Source: Laetmonice hystrix (taxonomy: Eukaryota). Taken from it: DNA of 64,000 bases. This document shows, in pieces, positions 34,174-45,200 of this stretch. The position numbers and the translations under genes were made by a program. The DNA is taken from assembly GCA_965235115.1 (NCBI GenBank), contig OZ249437.1:48856001-48920000 (forward strand). Direction: 5' to 3'. The number at the start of each line of letters is the position of its first letter. The stretch's first letter is position 1. A model generated the notes under the pieces. The model made no database searches. It was given only the letters and a program-made list of their open reading frames with translations, and was not told the DNA's origin.

Positions 34174-34957
34174 ATAGTCGATTCGCCCCAGGTCGGTTTC
34201 GACCCGGGTCGGTTTCGCCCCACAACCTAGTCGATTCGCCCCACCCCTAGTCGTTTCGCCCCACTCTCGAAGTCGTTTCGCCCCACACACCTAAGTTACC
34301 CTAAGTTCTTTAACCACACTGGAGCTTTTATAGTTAGTTGGTAGGCCATTACTAATACTGCCTCGTCTCGACGATGGGCCTTGGCCGCCACCGGGCCTCG
34401 GAGGGGAGAAGCGGGCCGGGCGGGGACGTCCTGGCACCCGTTCGAAGGGTCGGGCGTCAGGGTCGGAAGCGGGGACTGGGTGGAGTGAGGCAGGCCGGTT
34501 GCCGGCGGGCGGGCGGGTGGCTGCGGCGGTTGCAGGCTCACGATCCCGTCTAGGGCACTAGGCCGATACGGCCTACGCGAACCCGCCTACAGACACAGCT
34601 CCGCCGGTCGTCAGCGGCTCGCTACCCGGCCGCCTGGCTGCCGGGCCGTGGAGGTGGGGAGCCCGGTACGGGCCGGCAACAGCACGCGGTAGCCGGTAGT
34701 TAGCAGCTCGCTCCGGGCCGGACGGTCGGCCTTAATTGGTTCACAAAACGACTTGTTTACTGGACTGGATAGTATCAAGACTCAAGAGACAATAAAAACG
34801 TAGACTGATAGAATGATAGAGTCAGTTAGCGTCCAGTCTGGACTGGGGCGAAACGACTTTCCGAGTGGGGCGAATCGTCTTCTACCAGTGGGGCGAATCG
34901 TCTTTTCGAGTGGGGCGAATCGACCGGGGCGAATCGGAAGTGGGGCGAATCGACTAT
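34174..34957. mobile_element. Foldback-like element with subterminal tandem arrays and a GC/CpG-rich core
   Basis: 16-bp TIRs ATAGTCGATTCGCCCC / GGGGCGAATCGACTAT. Six copies of GTCG(A/T/GT)TTCG(C/A)CCC on the left and six inverted copies on the right. Core about 34360-34730 is far more GC-rich than the flanks. TSD unresolved. Confidence 0.75.
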
Positions 34958-35342
34958 TTACCCTCTCACATAGGCCTACTGGGACATGGCGTGCAACATG
35001 GAGTGACAATTGCACAGGCTGTAGTTTGGGAGTTTTACACTTACAGTAGGCCTAACGTTACAAATTACAATACGATACAGGGCATTTGAATTTTGAGACT
35101 GAAAGTTGAAACTGAAAAAGTCAAAGCCTGCAAATGTTATAACCTGGCTGAAGAGTTTGAGCTTGTTTGCCATCAATAGAATAACTAGCCTTAAATAAAA
35201 ATGTTCAGGCTTATACAACATGTTGATCATAAACCAAATAGCCTATAGAATTGGGATACAAGGCAGGCCTAACATAGGCCATAGGCCTCCCTTGTTTGTG
35301 GTAGGCCTAGTACTTATTTGATAGCGTCAGTGTCTTTATCAC

Positions 35343-35430
35343 CTCGGCCTCCTTCGGCTTCGCCCCCCGACCTGCCCGATGTCTGTGTTTGTCAGTGTCA
35401 ACGCCGGCTGGACTCGGTGTTATTATAGGT
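35343..35430 (-). other. Candidate distal non-coding first exon of tropomodulin
   Basis: GC/CpG-rich, ATG-free segment ending in GAG|GTGATA (donor after 35343 on the minus strand), about 450 bp upstream of the DNAH6 first exon. No transcript evidence. Confidence 0.4.
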
Positions 35431-35599
35431 GTTTGTTTGCTGCATTATAATGTTTGAATCCTAGTTTTGCACTAAGTGATTAATAAAATATCGTGTTTAG
35501 AATATACATACCACTAAATGATTGATGTATATGACTGGGATGTCTGGCTATTTACGGAGGATGTAGGGCACCTTGCACCCAATTTACGCCAAGTAGCAA

Positions 35600-35880
35600 C
35601 AACCAACACTTCCTGTACAATTACTTCCTGGAACAGCGGCACATCCTATCAAAAGAAGGTCGGCTGTTGAAACGGGAGGCATCACCCCCTGAAAACAGAA
35701 ATTAGATACAATCAAGTAGCACACTATGAAATTACTAAATTACTGATTTATTATAGTTTTTTAAAAGAAAAATGGGCAGAGAAATTTCGAAAACATATTT
35801 CAAAAAGAAATACTTGAAGCTTTTGCTATTTCATAATATCGTGAGTGTTCGGCAACTTCCGCTCCGTTGCCAAGAGACGG
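35600..35880 (+). promoter_or_regulatory. DNAH6 promoter with RFX X-box and ETS-like sites
   Basis: X-box-like GTTGCCAAGAGAC at 35866-35878, with a GGCAAC half-site at 35851-35856. ACTTCC(G/T) ETS cores near 35609, 35624 and 35855. RFX X-boxes near the TSS are an established hallmark of ciliary genes. Confidence 0.65.
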
Positions 35881-36009
35881 AGGGAAGTAAACCATCATGG
35901 AGGGTGCAGTCACAGCAAACATGAAGTCTGTCGAAAACTAAAACGCCAACGATCTTGTCATTTGAATCACTGCAGGGTCTACAGGAAACAGAGGTACTAT
36001 ATCCTAAAG
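35880..36009 (+). other. Probable non-coding first exon of DNAH6
   Basis: Lies just after the X-box and ends at AAAG|GTCAGT (donor 36010). Its only ATG frame closes at TAA 35939-35941. The 5' boundary is approximate. Confidence 0.5.
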
Positions 36010-36299
36010 GTCAGTACTTTTTACTTTTATTCTTGTCAATCTGGCCTGAACTAACTTTACATAACTAACGTTAGTCAGTCTAGATCTACTGACCATGCCA
36101 TGCCATGGCCCGGGCATGGCAGTCACCAGCGTCACCGACTGACCGAGGCCATACACTGCTGAAAGTACTCTAAATAAATGGTTAGACTAGACTGGATCTA
36201 CCATCATTTACAAGTCACTCATCATCTTTAGCTTAACAAATATAACTTTTAGTGTAAAGTTAATCTTCTGATCCATTTTGACATGGGGAAATAAGGAAA

Positions 36300-39200
36300 A
36301 TGGCATCTGATGTGACTCCAAGAGGAACTGTGAATGGTCAAGGAAGTGGAGTCCTAGGAAAGTCTGTCGGTGGGAGCTCAAGCATGGCACTGCCTGGCGT
36401 CGACGCTGAGAAGTTGAAGGCTAGACTGTACTCGTATGCACCACATCAAGCAAAGGTCAACAGTAAGGCGCTAAGATTCAGCAGGCCTACCAATGCACAA
36501 CTAAAGAAGTCTGCCATACCAAGTGTTCCTAAATTAGAACCACTTGTAAGTTATTCACTCCTCATATTATTAAGCTTTTTAGGTCTATCATCCAAATTGG
36601 ATATTTCAGACAAAAAATAATTTATTAATTTGACGAGTTTTTCCAGTGGTTAGTTTTTTAATTTAAAAATCCACAAATTCAGTTAGATCTATTCATTTTG
36701 CAAAATCTTGGGTAATTTCTTTATTTTATAAATGTTTAATTTATTAGCCTGGGCTACAAGGCTTCCAGCATAGAAATCAGCCACAGTATATCCAACAAGT
36801 TGCCCGTGAGAAGCTGGCATCTGAGGGCTTCTTCCAAGAGCAGGAACCTGTCAGTAAAAAAGTCAGAAGAGCTGGATCAGTGGAGCCAATCGAACCATCA
36901 CCCGCCTCTCCCCTCCCACAGCTGCCAGATGAACTCAAGCTAAAACAGGTCTGTGCAACTGGACTCCTAGCTCTTGTGTGTAGTCTGATATTTAGACTAA
37001 GTAAAAACGCCCAGTTATTTTCTCTGATATACCAAACCATTGCTCATGAAAAGTTTTGAGCTCTATACATCATATACATTGTCTGATATTGAGCAGCCGA
37101 ACACCAGACATCTTTGATCAACGTCAGACATCACAATCAGCCATCACATATATGACAATTTATCAGTTACCATTTACATATTTTTACCAGTTATACTGTT
37201 TAAAGTTTCAAGTTGTTTAGTATCAAGCGAGGGTGATAATCTTGCATGGGAATTCCTCAAAAAATAGGCAGAGAACATATGTCACAAATGGAAAAGCTAT
37301 GGCAATGCTGTGCTGAGCAGCCAACTATTTCAAGTTCAGAACATCAATTTTATTCTCGAAATTGGGACCCAGTGACATTCTGGTTCTCCCCACACAGGCA
37401 GTGAGTGTATGCTGTACAAAATGAATTGCGTAATAATGTCGACAACCATCAGTCATGACCGAATGTCCGATGTAGTTTCAGGAGCACTGCCAAACAAAAA
37501 ACAAACCAAAATTTTAGGATGTGATCCAATTTTCATTTTTTCTGTGCCTGGCATATCATTACACATATTTGAATATTCACGCATCTAAAAGATCATTCTT
37601 TTCCTCAAGCTTCCTAGGGAATGGACTTCATCATCGTGGACTTCAACAATACTTGAAACACCAGGCAATAAAAGTCCTTGTGTATGTGAAACGAACTGGT
37701 ATTAATTTTAGAATATATGTTGTGAATATTTCTCACCACACTTGTCAAGTCAAATTATGTCACTTCAAAACATGAATGCAGTAATTAGCAAAGAGGGAAA
37801 ACTACACACCATGAACATGTCTTGTATGCCCACATTTTTCACTTGACATTACCAGGTATATGCCAGAATTTTGCAACAGAGGTTTGACACATGTTTGCAA
37901 TCAAGTCCTTAATATGCATTGTCTTTGATGAGAACTGGTGCTTCTTTTCAAAAAGAGTTTGCTGAATCTTGTTTCACTTTCATGATTGGCCCCTTTTTTT
38001 TAACCTCTTGTATACCCAGTAATTATCTGTCACCTTATCTTGCACTTAATTAATGTCTTTTTACTCTATGAACTTTGCACAGTCTGCACCCTGCCTAAGT
38101 TGAAGGAACCATTATCTAGTTATGCCTGAAGTATATTATTAGATAATGAAATAAATGAAACAAAAGAAGCATTACCTACACTATAGTAGGAATCCATTTG
38201 TATACAGGAAAACATCAGCATGACAGGTACAACCACAGTAGTGCTTGGCATGTCACCTCGAGTGCCTTCACCTCCAAAGGGAAAAGGGAAACCCAAGTCG
38301 AGAGTAGTTCGTGGCACAGCAGGCATTAAAGGTAGAGTTCACTGGGCATGCCCTGTAATCGTATTCAATTATTACACTTTAAATTACCAACATTTGCTTG
38401 GAGAGTTCAGCTAAGGTGACATAACAGGGAGAGCAGCATTTAGAGATAATATTAATTATGAAAGCATTTAAAGATTTTACTTCCTACTCTAGTGCCTCAC
38501 TTAATAGTGCATGTATGGTAAAAACCAAAACCAATAACCTCTATGATGTGAAAAAATTGACTGTCAACCATTTCTTGAAAGGTCCAGCAACTTACAGTGG
38601 CATCACCAACATGAAAGAGATCATTGAAATAATCCGCCAAAACCCGAAGATTGGGTTCTTGTACCTGAGTCCAGCTGTGCCGAAATCTTCAGTGAATTAC
38701 CACTATTATAACCTGAAGTATGTTTTTGTGTAGTAGTATGTAGCAAAAAACCACTGTCGTACCAGATCTGTGAATCCTGAAAAAATAGATCTTTGTTCCT
38801 ATGAGAGCCTATTCTAATATAAGTCACCAGATGAGATCAATGTTTGTTAGTGGATAGATTAATAATTGGGATTTTAGTATCTTTAAAACGTTTTTTATGC
38901 AGTCAACATCATTGCCTTAGTGTGTATTTTAAGACAATTCATTACCTCAGCTATGCCTCCATTAACTATAAAAACTTTACACTTAATGGATGGCACTGTG
39001 AAGTAATTGTATCTTTTGTCACATTACAGGGTTGTAACCCATGAACAAGCCAATAAATCTGACCACTGTACAATCGGACTGAAGGGCACGACACGCATGA
39101 GATCAGATGATGAGACAGAGTTTGTGCCATTGGATCGGTGGGAACAAGAATACAGATATTTTGAAAAATTGGTCAAGGTACTTCCATTTTTGTTTGTTAA

Positions 39201-42200
39201 AAAATATTTTTCAGACAAAATTGGGTATGGTTTGAGGTGATGACATGTTCTGCAATGTTCAGTAAGTTAATTGTGAATCACAGCAATAAATGAAGGTTCA
39301 TTTCAGGAAGAAGATCAAGACATATTTTTTGATTGATAAGTTGCACATATTTTAAAAAAAAGCATTTCCAACAAATCCATTTTTTCCAGATTCCAGTTTT
39401 TGCCTTGTTCCGTAAATGGAAAGCCTTCAATGTGTGGAGAAAAAATGTGCGCATCAAGAAAACCACAGGCTTCAAGAAAGCACTCAATGAAAATCTCTTC
39501 ATTGTAAATCCGGTGAGTGCATGTTATACTAATAGTAAAACATAATGCTGATGCCATGGCAAGGAGTTGGCAGATCACTGAGTTGAGTGGCAGCTGGGTG
39601 TATTTTTTAGGTATCAACATACATAAAGTGTAAGTGGGAGTTGCTGAGTTCTTTTGCTTGTTAAATAAAGCTATCACTTTCATGCTACCAGTACAGGGGT
39701 CTATGCTTTCAAGTTGGGCAAATGTATTGAAAGAGCATGACAGGTTACCACATGTTGCACAACAATTAGTCCCAAATTTAAGGAAAATGGATGGATTTTT
39801 CTGCCCATGTTAATATTGATTTTCTTCAAGATGTTCTGAATTAATCTGTTTTAAAAAACCTTTCTTGTTTGAAGTCCCTACGACCAGCACTACTGAATGT
39901 ACGCGAAATGTGCTACCGCATCAGTGATATGGGCCTTTGTAAAGTGGAAAAAGGACACACATACAGTCTGGAAGAATTCAAGGAAGCTCAGTTTACACAG
40001 CTCAATGATGTCAGTATAATATTCTGGTCATGAAAAAACTATATCAAATAAGGTTCTTTTTTCTAAGCTAAGAATTTAAAAGTACTATGTGAAGGACAAG
40101 AAGCCCCGGGCCGTTTAAAAAGATCATTATAGTAATATCATGCTTTGAGTGTACATGTGTATTTATAAGTTTCTAAGTAGAGCCTGGAGTGGGAGAGCAA
40201 ATATTTCTGGTTTGTCTGCATGTTTTTTTGTTTTTTTTTCATAGTTTGTGGGTCTGCATGTTACAGGTGGCTGGTCGCTTGGGAGAGTTCCGAGACCTGG
40301 TGAAGGAGGTGGTTAGGAGTGCATGTCGTACAGCATTATTGGAGGCAGGTTTCACACCAGATGACTATTTCTACGATGGCATGGAGAGCCCTGGGCTCTA
40401 TAATGGTGAGTGTGTGGTGGATGAAGTGCTGATGTAAACCTCAGGCAGTGGGCTGCTTTCAAACCAGCTGTAAAGTATAGGCCTACAGTTCAAATGACTT
40501 AACCAATTTGAAGCTTATTATTATTGATGCAGGGATTAAGGGATTTTTTTCCACAGGCATGCTTCTTTTCTGAAACTTTAGTGTTTGTTCATGAACCCCA
40601 GATCAGGTATTACTCTGTGAAGGATAATCTGGGCAGAATAAAAATGTGTTTGCCTAAAAACTGCCATAAATTGAAGTAAAGTTGACCATTGTGGGAGGGA
40701 GGAAAAAAAGTTGATTTAAAATATGTTGAAATGGTTATTGTGCATCTTCCTTTGCAGACGAACATTTAGATACAGCAGCAATTCATTTTGCTCTAATTGA
40801 GCAGTATGGTGAGATTGAGAAACATTACAAAGCTGTACATAGCCACTCCACACTTAGTTCTTGAACTTGCACAGTTTATCACAGTATTAAGTGGAGTCAA
40901 TTCAAACCAGTATTGTAGAGTCACGTGTGTCCTTGCATGTCCCCAACACTGTTAATTTACCAATCTTGATGGAAAATAGAACATAGGGATCGAAATTGGC
41001 ACCTCCCAACCTGGGGCTCATTTTAGCCCCAGGTATATCATATATGGCAAAAGGGTGGGACCAGGGGCTATTCTCCAGGGACCTGGGCCACATGGATCAG
41101 ATAACAATGTGCAGGCTCCTGTGGTAAGAATTGAGTGTCTTGAAACAGGAAGGGACGTGGCACTATTTATAGTGCCGGACATAGAGGGCGCCAGGGGCTT
41201 TTTACTGGGGACCAGGCGCTAATAGCGCTGAGGCGCCAGGTTATTTTGATTCCTTAGGACATTTGCACACGTAAGTTTTCGAAATAATAATTTGTGTGTG
41301 CTTAATCAACAGGTGATGAAGTGCCAGGTACAGCATCTAGCTACATGATGCAGAGCAACTATGACATGGACATATATGGAGAGGCCCCAGACAAGATGAC
41401 CTACACGGAGCAGGCCAACAAACGGTCACACTGCAAGAGACTCACCTGGTAGGGTACAACTAGGCTTCAACCCTGTCTAGTGAAAGATCTTACGACAGAG
41501 GAAAAAAAGTGTTACGAATTAAAAAGTGTCCATATCAATGTGGATTAAAAGTTAAGGAGCATTTCCTATGTAGCCTAGGGTGATTCTACAGTGCACTTTC
41601 ATGCATCCTGAGTCCATGTCTGACTTTGTGGTTGGTCTGTTTTTGCAGCTTCATCCGGCTGGCTGACTACCTGATTGTGAACACGATGCACGTGTTGGCT
41701 GTCAACTCAGTGTCCACTCTGCTGAATTACCTGTCAGAACAGCTACAGAACACCCCATCGCTGGCCGACATCCAGGGTTGGAATAAGGAAACTGAAAATG
41801 AACAACTGGAGGAAAAGAAGGAGGAAGATGCTAAAGTAAGAGACTCCCAAGTGAAAGTTTTGAATAACAGTGCCATTAAAATGACCCATAATTAACGACT
41901 TGGTCAATGGGGTTTGGAAATCTTCTCAATACAAGTGAAAACAATGCTACCGTATATAATTTTGAAAAATGAAAACAAGAATAAGGTGGAAGCAAATACC
42001 CCTTGATAGTATTTCAGCACATCTCATGTCTTTGATGTCATTAGGAATTTATGTTTTATTTACAGTCCGAAAAAGATGAAAATGAGGTTCCTCTGTTGCC
42101 TCCCCTGTACATCACTGAGTTTGTGCTGGAGCCAAACCAGCTCCTGTTCAGGCCTGATGAGGACGAATTCCAGGACCGTCTGGCAGAGGTCATCAAACGC

Positions 42201-45200
42201 TTCCAGGATTGTGTGCTTAGTGTCATGAACCTTGTGCCTGATACCTACTTCGATGCCTTCACTAGGTATATCTGTCTACCCTTCAGATCACTTGCATGAT
42301 CTCTCACTCTGCTGTAGTATATTGCTTACATGTGTGTTAACTTTTATAGGAGCCTCTAAAAGTTGCAGCATCAAAGGAAACATAACTACCTGGGTAGTTT
42401 GTCTCAGAATTGGCCAAGATTTCGAAGGAGGAATATATTATGTAGATCATTGAAAAGGCTCAAAATTGAAGGACGGGACCACTTCACAAAATAATGACAC
42501 TTTGCTAAATCGTTTTTTTTTAAATATTGGTACCAGGGTAGTTAATGGCATCTTTGCACAATTCAGACAATCCATATCTAATGGTGCAGTAGACCTACTT
42601 TGCGTAAAATGTGACTAGGCTGAAGTTAACTGTCATTGCTGATTTGTTTTGCAGGCCAATTATAAACAATAAGTTTGAAGAGAAAACCTGTGGAGAGGGA
42701 CCCAGTTTGAGCACCATGTTTGATGATGACAAACACCTGAACAGCTTGATACAGAACATTCGGGAGGCAGTTTCTGCAGCCTTCAATGCATCAAACCAGT
42801 ATGCAGACACCTTTGAACCATATCGTGAATTCTATAAGGAGAATGAAAGCCTTGACCTTGAAGCAGTGAGAGCCAGAGAACACGGTAAGGCTACCTCCTG
42901 GGAATATACAGCTTGTGAACATTTAAATCTTGATATTTATATTATATTTGCAGTCTCTAAGTTGCAGATTTAGTACGAAGCAACCTAGAACATAAATGTA
43001 CAATTTGTAATAAATTATAGTGGCCTAAATGCTGTTAAAGACTGTTAGAGTCCCCCAAATTTGTTTCAGATGTTGCATTCTTTGGTGAGGTACTGGCACG
43101 ATACCACAAGCAGCACAGGATGGCTGAGGCAATCAGCGAGAAGCGTCCAATAGGCATGCTGCTGGTGGATGCAATTAACATGAAGAGCCTGCTCACCCCA
43201 TCTCCACTCCGCTGCCTTGATGTCATCAATGACATCCTACCTGTAAAGGCACGCAAAGAAGTAGATCGACTCATTGCAGAGCTTCAGGATGCTCAGTTCA
43301 AGTTAGAACTGGGCCCGACCACAACCCTGGATTATGTTGAGAGCCTCACCTTCCTTGATGAAATACAGGAACGCATTGAGCCCCTCCAAAAGGAGGCTCA
43401 TATCGTCAATGAAATGTATGAACTGATTGAAGAATTCACTGTCCCTACCCCACCAGAGGACTTTGCTGTCTACCAGGTATGTGTCTTGATCTTTTAAATG
43501 CCTATCCTAAGGTAGCAACCTCACACTCGGCATGGTGGAGAATAGGCGCACTACCTTTTTGAAACGTTCATATATGCATCCTTTCGCAAATTTATGTCTT
43601 GTGCTTTTATTGTTTTCTGGTTATATATATGATTATGAAGTAGCTAAGTTTTCCTCACAACTATTTTTTTATTTCATGAACTCTGTATAAGTGCGATTGT
43701 GAATGGACCATTTAATATTTCAATGGTACATTACTTGTAGACATTGAGTCCATCCATTAACAACGTGCTGAACGCCATTGATAAGTCACTGGCTGAGAGG
43801 GACGGTAATGTCGACAAGTTCTGCACACACCTTGACAAAGACATTGCTGAGCTGACCAAGGAGGTCAAAGAGATAAAACAGGAGTCCCAGGTAATTAAGT
43901 CAGAATGAGATATGTAGCCCAGGTCAAGCTCTCTTTTTCAAGATGTAGTTAATGGTATTTGATTTCTCTTCTAGAATTAAGTTAAATGTTTACCTTAATT
44001 CTGAATAACAACAAATCCTTTTTAGAACCCCATGATCTTGGATGCCACTGCGGAGAAGGACAACGTGCTGCGTATGCTATCCAAGCTTCAGATCCGTATG
44101 GAAGAACTCCAAAACAGAGCCTTCAAATACAAGTCTTACCAGAAGAACTTCAAAGTGGAAGTTACCAAATATGATGAACTGGAGGAAGTTCATGCTGAGA
44201 TGAAGCTGAAACAACTTCTCTGGGACTCTCTGGATGAATGGGACAACCACTTCACTGAGTGGCTAGATGTATGTACTTCTGCAATTGTGTCAGTATTTAC
44301 TATCTATAGAAATTGTAGTGTAGTTTTGGCCAAGTCTGAAGTCAGAAGAGCCACCTAGGGGATGGAGCGGGGCATCAATAAACAGCGAACTGAACGAACC
44401 GAGCGAACTGAGATCGATTAGTTATGCTGGGGGGGGGGGGATCCTGATAGGGACTGGCTATTGACACCAACACGGAAACAGCCGACCTAAATTAGGTTGA
44501 CTGGTTCCGACACGAAACAGTGTGTTTGGGTTAGGGTAAACTAAAGGTTAGGCCTAGGGTTAGTGTTAGTTTAGTCCCAAAATTGTTGTTAAATAGGCAC
44601 TAACTTCCGGCTGTGACATCATACCTGAAGTCACGGGCTTGTAGCAAGACTAATCGATCTCAGTTCGTTTAGTTCGCTGTTTATTGATGCCCGGATGGAG
44701 CGGGTTGGGGAGGGGGGGGGGGGGAAGCCCCATTCAAGCACCTGTGCCAAATGAGAGGATTGGTTGTTATCTGGGGCTATACCAATCAGACAGGCATTAA
44801 TCTTCTTTCTCCATTCCAACCAGTGGGGACGTCTTCCATCTTATACCTTTATTAAGTCCTGCCCGTGGGCCAATTACTTAATTAATCTAGTGTATTATAT
44901 ACTAAAAATGCCATACCTCCTCCAGGGTTAGAGCTAGGCCAGGACATCTTTTAGCCAGATTTTCACCACCTGTGCCATACATTTGCCAAGTCCAGTCACT
45001 CTTAGCCAATTAATATCAATTTATACAGTGCAGGTGGGGAGGGAGTGGGCAGAGCTAGGCTCGTTTCCTGGCTTTCATAGGTTGTCAATCACTGCATGTG
45101 AGTGGCAGTAGGCATAGTCTTAGACCGGCACAATCCTTTAGGCCTTTCCTTAGCCCTCATCAGCCTAGGGCCAAGCAGAGTAGGCCTGGTTGTGGCCCAG

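Noticed and set aside
34174-34290. Short direct repeats with variable spacers, superficially CRISPR-like
   Set aside because: The repeats are about 13 bp with 2-10 bp spacers, are mirrored in inverted orientation at 34844-34957, lie in a eukaryotic locus and have no cas genes. They are TE subterminal repeats.
37398-37400. Apparent 3-nt in-frame microexon (CACAG|GCA|GTGAGT) between two phase-0 DNAH6 exons
   Set aside because: It lies inside the decayed hAT-like MITE 37038-37489, so it is most likely chance TE sequence. Junction reads would be needed to revive it.
38473-38581. Alternative upstream acceptor extending DNAH6 exon 38582 in frame
   Set aside because: It is open and in phase, but the acceptor is weak (CATTTAAAG) and the added peptide shows no recognisable DNAH6 similarity. 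The downstream acceptor is preferred, though this is not proven.
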